From the NCBI GenBank assembly GCA_002633005.1, contig NMRA01000002.1:2649877-2713876 (forward strand): a DNA stretch of 64,000 bases, written 5' to 3'. The number at the start of each line of letters is the position of its first letter. The stretch's first letter is position 1. The stretch is from Phoronis australis. Taxonomy: Eukaryota > Animalia > Phoronida. Positions 25,572-38,740 of this stretch are shown here, piece by piece. The notes beneath the pieces were generated by a model, which saw nothing but the letters and a program-made list of their open reading frames with translations, was not told the origin of the DNA and searched no databases. The translations under genes were made by a program, and so were the position numbers.

Positions 25572-26400
25572 GTAAGTGGTGAGAGTATGAATTGGACTAA
25601 ACTTTTTAAAGCTAATTGATAGCTAAAAATAAACTGCCTGCTATGCGTCTGTGGCTAACTGACGATTATTTGACGAGTCAGTTAATGTGTTACAGTTGGA
25701 CAGTTGATGATCTTTGTTTACCTGGGTTGCCATTAGGATGGGCCCGGTGATATTTGATGGACTCATTTTACTAAGAAAGGAAGTATGCTTACCTTTCATT
25801 TCATTTTCTGAAATGTGCGACAACCACTGGTGCCATCATAACCCAGTGCACGAATTTTGCGCAAGTTAAGGATCAAACTGCCTTAAAAGTGGTCATGCTT
25901 GTTTACAAAGAAAACCCCTATTTTTGCATGAGTTTCCATGTCCCAAATTATTCTTAAGACTGTCCATAATTTGAGAATTTTTACCATACCGTTGAATGTT
26001 ATTTGCATGAGACAGATGGTACTTGTTGCCATCTGGTCGCATTGGGAGAAACTTCTACTTTGCTCTAGGTGGCATTGAGCTTGCTGGCTTGAGGAAAAAA
26101 CTGTTTTCATATCGTCTCCTGTAAAGCGACCACATTCAACAACCTGAGGTTTAGTTTTCTGTGCTGTGACGTTCTTTAGAGATTTTTCACATGAAAGAAA
26201 GTGACTTCCAGATCAACGAGAGTTGACAGTCCCTCAGTGATCTTAGGCATAGCAACTGTCAGACTGTGTGACTCTGGAGACTGGGTCATTGGCTTGTAAT
26301 CGACTTTGTCATGTAACATTTTGCTCATTATGTTTGACTTGTTCCTCTGTTATCAGGCAAGTCAAATTCCCAGGGCTAATGTTGCATTGTGTATAATGTC

Positions 26401-26673
26401 CCATCCACACACAGCCTACCCTAGAACAACTTGCATTAGTGCAACTTACCCTAATTTTAAGTAGAGCATCCACACACACAGTATCCGATAACTAGGGTAA
26501 AGCGGAAGTTGTCGCTCTGTGCATGACTATGAAACCTAATGCAAAAGAAAACCTGTCTGTATATGACTGAAGCTGACAATTTCTTCCACCCTACCCCACT
26601 TTCGTGACCACACAGCGATTACCCTAGAAAAAGTAACTTGTTCTAGGGTAAGTCTGTGTGTGTGGACGGCTCT
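26401..26673. mobile_element. MITE (CCATCCACAC / GTGTGGACGG termini)
   Basis: Inverted ends with ACCCTAGAACAA subrepeats; related element at 35955-36870. Confidence 0.55.
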
Positions 26674-29089
26674 AAAGTGACAAGATGCTGTCATTGAAAG
26701 GTCGTTCACGACTTTACAGCTGGTTTTAACGGCGAGTCGTCAAGCGTCAACGCAGCGCGACAGTAGGAACGCCCATGTGCATCAAAATTATTGGCAGGGT
26801 CCGTGCTGTGCCAATGGTGAAGGTTATATTGCGTCATCCTGTGGTTGCTGATAGTGTCACCTAGCAATAACTCCATATCTGTTAACTCAGGAAGCTAGTA
26901 GGAAAGGTCCAGTTAGCTTCAAAGTGCACATATATACTGATGCTTCATAAGTAGCACTGGTAGGCTAGTACCCAGTACCACATTTAACCTGATGGGAAAA
27001 GGTTATTAGAGTTCAGATGCTTGTACTGCAGACAGAGATTTACAACATCTGTGGTACAATGCTCTGTTATCAGTGCATCCATTGTCTGGGTCATACCTAC
27101 AATGAGGGTTATCTGATGGCATTCAACTGAATACTGCTAGGCAGTAGGATAGGTCTTGACTTTCAAAAGTAAGGACAATTACAATAGCTGCTGCCCATGT
27201 GAGGCTGAGATGTTCAGTACTTTAACACATTTAGACTTCAAGTGTTCAACCTTATACAAAATGTTTCAAAAAGGGGTGTCAATCTTACTTTTCAGGTTGA
27301 ATAGATATTGATGAGAATCATACAAATTATGTGTTCGCTGGTGGAAGCATCCAGGAATGTCTGCCGGACGCTCACTGTCCGGCAAGGAACGTAAACCAAG
27401 GTTAGCCGCCACATGCGGCCAGTCTGTTCTCAGTGACAGCATCATTACGCATTTTATCAGTATTGTATGCTCAAGTAATTTATCCCTTGTCCTCACCTAA
27501 TGATCAAAATCTCATGTTCTGTTGCATGCGTTTTTCTCTGGCTGAAGAGCGACCAAATTTAGCCGCCACACCCAGCCAGGCTTAGGGTAAAGAGTTGTAG
27601 AGTAAAGAGACATGGCTAATGTGATTCTAATACACTTGGGGGCCAATATCATACAGCATGACCCGTTTTTGTTTTTATTATATGCAAAGTGAAAGCAATA
27701 GTGGAGAAAAGTGGGGGGTTAACCAGTTGCACAACCTGACGGTATAATTTCTATAAACAGCACTTGGGATGGTCAGCATTGAGTACTTGTTGGAAATACT
27801 GGACCGTGTGAATGTGGGTTGAGAGAACTGAAAGGACAGCCTTTTTGAAGGCATATTATTAAAAAGGAGCCCAGCAGCGCTTTCATGATGAAGGTTGAAT
27901 CAACCACCTCTCAAGGCTCTCATTTAGGGGAATGCTTAAATTCAGCGCATTCAGCTCAGCCATTTCAGGGACATTGTGGCTCATGGTTTCAACATATGTT
28001 GTAGATGACATTTTTACCATAGTTTGTGAACCATTTTGATTAGTTAGATTAACTCCCCTGTTTTGCAGTTGATGCTGGTGAGCTCTTTGTTACATTTATG
28101 ATTTGTTGATCCTGCTATATACTGGTGAACATTGTTAAACACAATTACACATCCCTGGTCATCTCTCAGTTTTATCAAATTACTAAACGATTCATATGAT
28201 TGAAGATTACGCAATGAAGTTGCAATGCTCACAATACACTGAGCATTGTCACCCAAGTTACCATGGTTGGTGAAGTTCATTAGCATCGTATTTTTATGGA
28301 CAGCAGAGCACGTGCTAGCAATCAAATAGTACTGTTCATTATAGCCACACATTGAGGTTAACGCAATTTGCGTTTGACATACACTTATAAGTTCTGCGTG
28401 TGATATTTAAAGTTACAATATTATTAACACTTGATTACCAGTACTGTTTCTTCCCTACCCATAAGGATATTTGGGATACTAGAAAAGTTTGGCTAACTTG
28501 GGAACATCATATTTCAGAAATGACTGATCGTTTCGTTATGACACTAATATGCTACATGTACCTACGATTTATAACCTGAATCTGAATCCATAAAATTGTA
28601 AACAAAAAACAACGTGATGTTCCTTCAACCAATTTTGTGTACAAGAGATGCTATTGCCTAAAACCCTTTAATATGACACTATTAATAAGGATTGCATTCA
28701 AGTGAGTACTCAGTAGCTAAATACACGCACTTATCTATTAAGTCCTGCATATTAAGCTGATTTTGTGCATTGTGTATGAAGTTGGATTGCAGAACTGTTG
28801 GTCATAAAATTACCACAAAGTTGTGATCTTGCAGGACCCCTGCTCACCTGAGGTGCGACATCCCGTGTCATCACCCCTTATCAGTAGTGTCTCGAGTATT
28901 CAAAGTAATTTTTTTCAGAACTGATTCTAACCTTGCAGAATATTTAGTTATTTGGAGAGAATTTTTGGACATTATGATGGGAGTCTGGCATGATTTTCAA
29001 ATATTCTAGGGGAATGGAGCCATTAATTATCCCTTGAATCCAGGCTCCGAGGGCCCTGTCTTGTGACACCTGTGCTTGTGTCAGTATAG

Positions 29090-29275
<186 letters not shown>

Positions 29276-30055
29276 TGAAATATAATGGAGAAGCTAACCA
29301 ATCCCTGCAAATGCTTTTTAGTTCCAGAGATGCAGGTTGCTAAGAGACCCACAGAACTTCTAGAGCTACCCTGGTAACACAGTCAGTAGAAATGTCAGCT
29401 AATCTCCCTTATTGATTCCATATGGCCAATTGGGTTTATATCGATGTCATTTGAGTAGAGTATCCTGAGCTCAGGGGGGCTTGAAGGTTGTCTATTATTT
29501 ACAGCAGATTAATATCGCTGATTTTGTCATGTTATTAGGTTGATGTTGGACAGGAATTGATTCTAGCAATCAAGTATACTCTCTTGATTTCGAAAATTGT
29601 GTCAGACTGAGTGTTATGCTGCACTCCATTCATTTCACACTGTTTAGCCTGTCAATGTTGAGCATTCCTATTGAAGCACGTTGGGGGGTATAAATATTAC
29701 CACACTCACCCCATCTTGAATTGGTGCTGGTCAAATGAGAGTAACTCGAAGCCAATACGGACATGCACCATTTCAGAATCCACTGTTTTAGGGTTGGCCA
29801 GCCCTTATAAAATATATAGTGTATTCCAAAGTCGATGTTCTTGTTGGTAATGGGAATAGAATCCTAGCTTGGAATATTATGAGAACGAATTTAGAGTAAA
29901 AATTCCAGTTACATTTTTAGCCTGTTTAATAGGGCGAAATGCAGATTTAAAAAGTAATGTATCATTTAGTTGAATTTTTTTATTGTATGCGTGTTATCTG
30001 CATTACTTGATCCTTGCCTATCCTGTTGTTGTTTCATGGGGTATGGTTACTTGTT

Positions 30056-31412
30056 ATGTAGGATCCTAGAAAATGTGCAAATTTGGCAAACCTCGGAAAT
30101 CACTATGCTTTACGGCACTGTTCTCCAAAACTGCGTTAGGAATGGTTTTTAAAATATCCCACTTTTGCCCGAGGGACTATCTAAAAACAAAACTTTTTTG
30201 CCCTTCTCATGAATAAGCTCGCATGTTTCATAAAACAAACAAAATCATAATTTAGAAAATTTTATTAGTGTTTTTTAAGTTTCATCTTGAGCATTATATC
30301 ATATTAAATTTGGGCATGTTATTGACTGATTTTGTTGTTTTGCTGTCAATGTACCTTTATTTTTTTGAATGTTACTAAAAACGCGGTCCAATTAATAACA
30401 AATTGTAAAAAGTCAAAGATGGGATGTTTTCAATTAAAGTCAAAAGTTGTATAACGATATTAACCAAATAACTTAAAAACGGCCGCTTTTTTTGAATTTC
30501 ACCGTGAACATTTTTGTCTAACAATCTGACCATACCATTGTTTTGCCGTCGTTGTTTCTTTGTTTTTGCACGATTTTACCAAAAGGACATGACTATGCCA
30601 CTAGATCAATGGTAAAAAGACAAAAATGAAATTCTACAGGCTTTCACCTTTCACAAGGAATATAGTATACTTTTTTTCTGTTAAATTTCGTAGTTTTTCT
30701 AGATATTTCAGTGAATGCACAGACTTGTGGGTAAGACCCTTCAACCTTATGTGTCTGATATGATCATGCGTTGATTTGACTGCATAATGTTATTTATTGC
30801 TTTGGGCCAAATGTACTCTCAATTGATATTTCACTCCTGAACTTTCATTGACCTTTCAAGAATATGTGGTTGGTAAGTTACCTGTAACGATGTGGCCCTA
30901 TGATGAGTCTATGTGCATTCTAGCAAATGGCTACAAAATTATGGATTTTAATTTGGTAAATGCGTTTTCTGACAGTAGATAGACTGTAAAATTTCAGTTT
31001 TGACCTTGTATCAAGCTGCCATTAATTGGGTGAAGTGATTTGCCTTTTTTGTAAAAACGCAAAAAGAAACTAAGGTACATCCATATCAATTTCACGGTAT
31101 GAACAACATGATCATATTTTGTTTGATGCAAATATTCAAGGTGAAACCTCGTTATGTACAACTTTATGAATTATTTCATTTTTAGGTTATGCAGTTTTTC
31201 AGTTTTCACAGTCCTTTTTATGGATAGCAACTCATGCAAAAGTGGGTCATTTTAAAAACTTAAAAACTAACTGCTCCTAACGTTCAGTATTTCTGAAAAC
31301 AGAGCAGTATAAGGCATGGTATCTGAATGTTTCATAACATTCTAACCAATTCATGCAGCGATATGATATTTCATTATGGGATCCAGTTTCGGATATTTTG
31401 TAGGGTCCTACA
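30056..31412. mobile_element. AT-rich non-autonomous DNA element with degenerate inverted ends
   Basis: GTAGGATCCTAGAAAAT / ATTTTGTAGGGTCCTAC plus inverted subterminal blocks; related fragments near 38250-38545 and 49920-50290. Confidence 0.4.
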
Positions 31413-33011
31413 AAACCTTTGTTGTTCCTATTCCAAAGTTTGTGAATGTACTAACTCCAGTCTCATTTTTTTCTGAACTTGATCAATTTGCTCATTTTGG
31501 AGCACCTGTTTTGTACGTAGCTGCAAATAATTTGATATGAGGTGTTTACCACTGGTACACAAGCAACTCAAAAATCTTTTGAAAAATATAAAAGGCCTTT
31601 CCCACTGACTTCAAAGCGTTGGTGTTAGTGAAGTTTTGTTCAATGGGAACACTTAACTTTGGTCTTGGATTGAAGTTAACAGTGCGAGTTTACTCTTGAA
31701 TAAAGAAAGGGAGGATTTAATGGTGCAGCATCGTTGCTTCACTACAATGGGAACGCTTGTCACCAAAGTTATCGGCAGGGGTAACTGCATTTGCCAAGAG
31801 CAGGTGGTCACTGGTTAATATTTGTTAATATTTAGTTCTAGTTTGTTATTTCGGAAGTATAAGCATTCTGTTTCACTTTATCCATGTGTTTATTGGATTC
31901 TTGATATTACGAAAGAAAATGTTTGAACGCATATGCAAAACTTGTACCTGTCATAAGCCATACCACCTTTGTTTAGATCAGCTGATACTCAGCCACCTAG
32001 TGATAATTCCTCTGACTTGGTTGTCTGAACTGTAACACTTACTGGTAACTTCCAAGTTTGTGGTTAACCACTGTTAACATCAATGCTTTGATAGTAGCAG
32101 AGTTAACTGTGTGGGAAAGTGCCTTGAAAGTGAGTTGTAAATATCCAGTGGTTTGTTTCGTGAAAACTGAATTTTGGTCTAGTAATCCTCACAACTATTT
32201 GTGAAAAATAATTAAATCTCACTCGAGCAAATGTACAGTCTCTGAGACTATATAAGCATATCTGCTACGTAGTTGCTGAGATACCTTCTGTAAATAATTT
32301 CTATACTGTGACTCGCTCAGCATTGCTTGGCTAAAACTTAGAAGTGAGAGACACTGTAAAGGGCAGTTGGCATTACGCAGTTGGGGCAGTGGACTAACAT
32401 TCTTAATCGACCACAGGAAGCTTAGATTCAATGCGAAAGGTGATTTTAAACAGTCTATATTCAGTACGATACTAAGTTAGTACTCTAAAATAGAACGGAC
32501 TAGCAAGCGTACGAAAGTTGGTCCAAAAGGTTTGGTTCGGAGTATTTTGTTTGTCGACCATCCTGAATTATCTCCCCAATTCACGTAAGTGTGGTGTTCT
32601 TTCCGCCATTTTGTGCATCCTCGACATTGTTGCTGTTTGTGTCTACTCACTGTTCAGTGTACAAGACAAACTTCAAGTTAAACACACCTCAAAGTAGTAG
32701 AAGTGGTGAACGGTTGTCGTATCTGTATTGCAGTACGGCATAGTGACATCTGATGTTTAGTAAGATGAAGCTTTAAACTTTGGACGATGGAATGTTAGTC
32801 CGGTCAGGTTAGGAAGGTGACAATTATTTGATATGGTGTGTTTTTCATGCTGATTTGTTCCGACTGCGAACTAGTCTAAACTAACTCTAATGCGAAAGCA
32901 GCTTTAGACCAAATTTCTGTCTTCAGTCTTCGTGAAACAAAACTCCAGTAATGTACCTTTAAAACAGTTCTTCCGCACTTGCATTCTCTTCATGAAGTTT
33001 TACCATTGTAG

Positions 33012-33100
33012 GCAGCAACGAGTTGCATGCTTTTGCTTGTGTTACCGGTAAGCCCATTACGCAAGGTGGTATTCACGGGCGCATTTCAGCCACCGGAAGG
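33012..33100 (+). CDS. GLUD1: Glutamate dehydrogenase alternative exon 4a
   Basis: ttgtag|GC AGC...; (G)[29 protein letters not shown]; donor AGG|GTAGGT; 89 nt. Confidence 0.9.
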
Positions 33101-34016
33101 GTAGGTATCCAGCGTTCCCTGTCGTGTAGTGTCCCAACTAACACACTCTTGGCTTTGAAGTGCCTAACACACACGTTCATTCCCAAAATGGTAGCCATGT
33201 CTGTTGGTATTATGTAGAATTTTAAATTTTGGTTTACAGCCCATTCTTAAAGAATCGTCCACCCCTTACTTTTGAAAGTGTCTGATTAAGCACTCACGGC
33301 TCGGTTAAGGGCCTGCCCTCTGCTTTTGATAATGTGAACAGTTATGCGCCCACTGCTCTAGCTAGTGCATACAAGTGATTTACTTGCTGAATTGGCTTTC
33401 AAAACTGTAAGGACTTTCTTGACCGTCATATTGCAGGGCAGTCCTTGAATTTTGTCAAGTATTTTCAACTTGTATTTCTCCTTTCTCAAGTTCATGAATT
33501 TCACGTTTCGGTTAGAGAGGGCCAATTCAACTTCCAGTGTCGGTAACTTGCCCTGTGGCAAATTCTTAAAACTTTAAGTCAATGGAGTTTGATTTCAAAG
33601 GTCGTAAGTTGCTAGGGCAACCGGCTGGCTCAGGTCAAACGACCTTGTTTGGGTACTAGTATGCAGTCACAGTTTCTTGAAATTTATGATATAAGTGCCT
33701 ATCTCGTGTTAGAGTCCACTCTCCTGATTTTCCGGCTTTTCAATTTAAGCGTCACGCTACCCATGGGTGTTAACCCAAATGCTTATTAGGGTTAAACATT
33801 TTTCAAGTAATGAAAACAGACATGAGCAACCATTTTGGTAGTGTTGGAATTTGATTCCGTTGTCTTTCTTTCACTGTGTCTGTTTCTTTTGTTCTCCCAT
33901 TCTGTCATTTCAGTCCATCCCTTTCAGGTGGCAGCACTGTAACACGTGACTTGGTTGGGTGCCGTAACTGTAGCTAACCGTGTCTGTCACTTAGAAGTAA
34001 CCTTATGTTTTTGCAG

Positions 34017-34105
34017 GAGTAAACGATATCCACGCACACGCGTGTATTACTGGTAAGCCCATTACCCAGGGCGGCATTCACGGCCGTATCTCTGCCACTG
34101 GAAGG
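34017..34105 (+). CDS. GLUD1: Glutamate dehydrogenase alternative exon 4b
   Basis: ttgcag|GA GTA...; (G)[29 protein letters not shown]; donor AGG|GTATGT; 89 nt. Confidence 0.92.
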
Positions 34106-35626
34106 GTATGTAGCCTGCCTGTGATCAGTTGCCCTGACTTGTCACTGCAACGCTGCTACAGCTGGTCCCCGGTCTTGGGGTCGGACCAAGATGGGGGGCT
34201 GTGTGTTTTTCTTGTTTGCTCTGGGCTTGTAGATGATGTCAAATCTTGTTTTCTTTGGCTATCATCGGGAGGTGATCGTTGTTGTGTGAATTGCACCTTA
34301 TGATGTCCTGCCATTGCTGGCTTGCACACAGCTACAATCCGGGGATCATTTTGCCAAAGTTCATACGCTTGGTTTTAGCTAAGGTGGTTGTAACATAGAT
34401 ATTTACTGGACATTGTGGTGCTTAATTTATTAATATGATTTCTGAAGCATGATGAATGTTTCGCTAAAAATTTTTTTAAAATTTTGTGTTTGTTATAAAG
34501 TAAAAGTGCCTGTGACCATCTTGGCTTCAACCAGATGTATAACCTTCCGTAAGACGGGTCTCACTCCCAGCCTGATGTTCACTGAAAGTTCACGCCTCGC
34601 AAATTGTTCCAGGCAAACAATTTTTACAGCATCTGCACCAATGTCTTTTGTGGATAGCATGAGCTCTTATATACACTAAGGGTTGTGGGATATCGGTTTT
34701 CCAAAGCAGCACTGTTAACAGAGTGACGTCATTTTAGTAGTTTTAGAGCAGCCTGGTGTTCAGGTCACAAGTAAGCACAGATATCATCTATCCGACATGA
34801 ACTGCCTTGCCGGGCCAATGATCACTTACCTGACATTTCTTTGAAATCGTCAGGATTGGATGACTTGTATCCCTCAATTCTACGCTCTCGGATGCATACC
34901 CATAAGTTTTCGCTATCTGTAAAAATGTCGATAGCAAACCAGAGTTATCTTGGTATCATGATGAACTTGCGAGTGGTGAACAACAGTTTCTGCAGCCTAG
35001 GTCCAATTCACCCTGCCATTTCCTGCCAATTAATTTTAGTTTCCCCTATTACAAAATGCAATGTGGCATATCTGGTTTGGAAAAACTTTTTACCACATCA
35101 GAAGGGACTATATTTAATGCTAACAAATTCTCTGATTTGAGGAGTCCTTTTTTTGATTCATGATTATTTAATGCTGGGACAAATTAAATTGTATTTTGTT
35201 ACTTACGTACTACAGTACTACAAAATCCACCAAAAAGTTTGACGTCGTTCTTATTTTAGCCCAGATATTGTATGGCATTAAGTGATCTGATGCAGTCATT
35301 TTATAAAATACTTGCTTCGTGACAGTTCCATTATTAGTTTACGTGCTGTCAATGTTGTCATGTTTCACCCAGGGGTCGGGGTTGGGGTTGGTATCGGTAT
35401 CGATCTCTCTGTACTCAAAATCAGACTTGAAATTATTGTTGGCTTTTTCTCTTTTACCTTTGTGTGATAAGTGGCTACAGAACTGTGCTCGAGCGCACTG
35501 TGGTTTACGCGTATGCGGATTGCTGATTATATAATTATCCAAATCTCGTGTGAAAAAGGCGAAATGCCGCTCATGGGATGGATGGGAAAATTGTTGGTTG
35601 AAAACAGTAATTGCACAGATATGGGG

Positions 35627-35698
35627 TCCTCAGTAGCTCAGTGGTAAGAGCACTTGACTGTCAATCTAGAGACCTGTGGTTTGGTACCAAGTTGGGGT
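35627..35698 (+). pseudogene. tRNA-Asp(GTC)-like pseudogene or SINE head
   Basis: A-box TAGCTCAGTGG; anticodon arm CTTGA-CTGTCAA-TCTAG; degenerate T-arm GGTTTGGTACC. Confidence 0.5.
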
Positions 35699-35954
35699 TC
35701 CTGATTTTTCTGTGCTTATTTGATATGGGAACACTTCTGTCAGTGAATTTTTGTATGGTAAGTCATATGTACGCAATGAAATACAACTTTTTCCAAGCAC
35801 TCTTTTAGTTAAGCCCTCTGCTGCATGAAAGTATTTTCTGATTACACAGCAGTTCAAGTCTTCTTAGTTCTGTATGAATGTTTATTCGCTATTTTTGCAA
35901 ATAAATTGTTCTCTTTGTTGTTTGTGAATTTCCATGGTCAGTGTTGTTAAGTTT

Positions 35955-36870
35955 TGTCCACACTACGAGTTACCCTAGAGAAACTGGCCCCAGAGCAACT
36001 TACTTTAGAGCAACTAGCCCCGGGGCAAGTTGCCATTATTCAGCCGGCTGTTCACGCTACACAACCTAGACCTGGCGACAAATATGGTGCAAAGGTGATT
36101 AGACTTAGACATTCATATAGCTGTAACAGAGCGAGCGCGGAGTTGGTAATTGCTTCCGCCTTATCTGCAGGGTTGCCTCCATACTAGGAGTTGCTCTGGG
36201 CATGTTGCCCTGTAGCAAGTCTCGTCCCCAAGCCTGAAGATGGCGCTGATCAGTTTAACCGTTTGAGGCTTGGTTTTGAGAAATAGCTTCTGTGCAATGA
36301 TTGGCCGCTGCCTTGATGTTATTAAAACAAAGGCAAATTTAATTATTTTTACAGGCGTTGTTGCTGCCATTCATGAAACAGAAGGCATTGTTTTTGTGAT
36401 TGTTTGAAATAAAAGTTGTTGTTGTACTTATTTTCAATTCTTTTTTATTAATAGTACCATAGATATTAATCTGTTTTCGAAACTAAATACATCATTTTTG
36501 CAATAATTTGGACCTATATTGCTGCAATATACCGTTAGTTTTCATCTTTATATTATACTGCAGAAAATTTCAAAGTTGATATAACTTTATATTACACGTC
36601 ATATTCCAGCGATTTCTGTAAAAATGTGTCAGAATTGTGACACATTTCATTTTCCATAACCATGCCTCAAATTGCTAAACCGTTCATTGCCAACTTGAAG
36701 CTTGGGGACTAGGCTGCCCTATTACAAGTTACCCTACCTCTATTATGTGAGGCAAGTTTTCTCGATCACGCCAAGTTGCCCCAATGTACTATTATTACAC
36801 AACCTAGTGACAATTCATTCCAGGAGTAACTTGACTTGTTCTAGGTTAACTCTTAGTGCGGACGGCACTT
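35955..36870. mobile_element. MITE or non-autonomous element (GTCCACACT / AGTGCGGAC termini)
   Basis: Inverted ends GTCCACACTACGAGTTACCCTAGA / TCTAGGTTAACTCTTAGTGCGGAC. Confidence 0.5.
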
Positions 36871-37093
36871 AGCACCATCTTGTTGTTGACGCCTGCACTA
36901 AATGTGTGCTTCTGTTTCTGCTGCATGATTCCTAGTTTCACTAAAAGTCTTGAGAGTTAACGATTTTTGTTTGATTTCAATTTGTAGATGCTAGGTTAAG
37001 GCTAGTTGTAATTTGCGCAATTGAAATTTCCTGAGAAATTCACGTGTTCCTTCATCAACCTGCAGTTCTCATTCCACATTCTTTCTGCTACAG

Positions 37094-37192
37094 GGTATTT
37101 TCCACGGAATTCAGAACTTTGTGAACGAGGCTAGTTTCATGAGCATGGTTGGCTTGACACCATCTCTAGGTGACAAGACCTTTATTATTCAG
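37094..37192 (+). CDS. GLUD1: Glutamate dehydrogenase exon 5
   Basis: ctacag|GGT...; [33 protein letters not shown]; donor CAG|GTGAGT. Confidence 0.96.
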
Positions 37193-37672
37193 GTGAGTTT
37201 ACAGATGAACACTAGCGGGTGCTACCGAGAGGTTCCTGCTTTGTTGTCCCAGTACAGGAAGCTGTCCTTATCCGTGAGTCTGTATATTTAGCCAAATATC
37301 TGCTAAACTACTGATTTTAACCCTGTAAAAGTGTGTTCAAAGCTAGTAGAATTTGACTTTTTACTTAATACTATTCTGTCATGAACATCATCATGTCTAT
37401 TTAGTAAAATTGGCCAAAAAAGCGTAATCATAGCAAAACAACGTTATCAATGATATGGCCATATTTCATTTGCTATAAATTCTCGAGATAAAATTTGTTA
37501 GTGTTTTCTATAATACCATTTAGTTTTCATTTTACGCAACTTTTCAAGAAAAACACAAAGGCCCTATTTCTTGATAGCCTCTCATACGAAAGTGGATCAT
37601 TTTACAAACAACTCCTTTCTGTGTTTAGGAGAACATCTATCGAATAATTGCTCCAATGTTTTCTCTCCCCAG

Positions 37673-37810
37673 GGCTTTGGTAATGTCGGTCTCCACACAA
37701 TGCGTTATCTGCACAGAGTGGGGGCTCGCTGCATAGGGGTGGCCGAGCTGGATGTCAGTCTATACAACCCCGACGGCATCAGTCCCCGAGAGCTAGAAGA
37801 CTATAAATTA
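37673..37810 (+). CDS. GLUD1: Glutamate dehydrogenase exon 6
   Basis: [15 protein letters not shown] (Rossmann motif and GTP-site residues)...LEDYKL; donor GTAAGT. Confidence 0.97.
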
Positions 37811-38740
37811 GTAAGTCGTCATTCCCCGTACAGTTAAATATTGGCCGCGTAAAAGGAACTTTGGGAATCAGATGTATTTAACTCTGTTATTTCAAAATTA
37901 AGAAAATGTTTTTCAATCTTGTGACTCTTCATTCTAGAATTTTAGTCAAGTGTACTCCAATAGTGGACTTGGTGTTCACTCAACTTACCTGTGTTTGCCA
38001 TTATGCAATAATTATAAAGTATTGTGATTATGCATCATCTGTAATTAAGGTTACTTAGTACTTAATGACAAGACAGTGTACTTACAATAACCAAATATCT
38101 TCAAAATTATAGACTTTAACTTCGTAAAAGTTTATAGTTTCTGAAAGTAGAAGGCCTGCAAATTTTGATTTTTGACTTTTTATTAATCTGCCATCCATTA
38201 GTTCATGTGACCTTGTCTTTTTAGCGAAATGTAGCAAAAGGCAAGATCAATTCACCGCATTTCAATGGTGTCAATAAGATGACCAAATTTTATTTGTAAT
38301 GAATATTCAAGAAAAAATCTCAAAATTGTTTCTAAAGTATGATAAAATTCTTTTTTTTCATGCATTTCTGTTTTTTTTTTTAGAAAATCACAACATTCCC
38401 ATTTTTGATAGCTTTTTTGTGAAAAAAAAACAATTTCTAGCAGCATTATGGAGAATATTGCATAAAGTGCAGTATCTGAAAGTTTCATATAAATCTGATG
38501 AGCCATTTTTAAAAGGTGATGTTCCAAGGTTGGCCAAATTTGCACATTATTCTGGACTCTTGCGTGGGTTCTATTTCATATTTCATTGTCTGTTGGTGTA
38601 GGAGTAGATTGTGCTGATTGTGAACCCAGTGCATTTCCCTTGAAGTACATAGTTGAACATTCAGTTGCTTGACTGAATCATTTAGACCGTGTTGTCTACT
38701 ATGTGGTGCTGTGACCTAGAACCTGTGTTCCTCTCCACAG

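Noticed and set aside
33860-33930. Extra microexon or recursive splice site at the pyrimidine tract ending TTTCAG|GTGGCA
   Set aside because: The donor is weak and there is no GDH-like coding; it cannot be supported without reads.
33012-34105. Exon duplication as an assembly or haplotype artefact
   Set aside because: The flanking introns are unrelated and the copies differ at many synonymous sites, so they are not alleles.
35627-35698. Functional tRNA-Asp gene
   Set aside because: The T-loop lacks TTCGA and the stems have mismatches.
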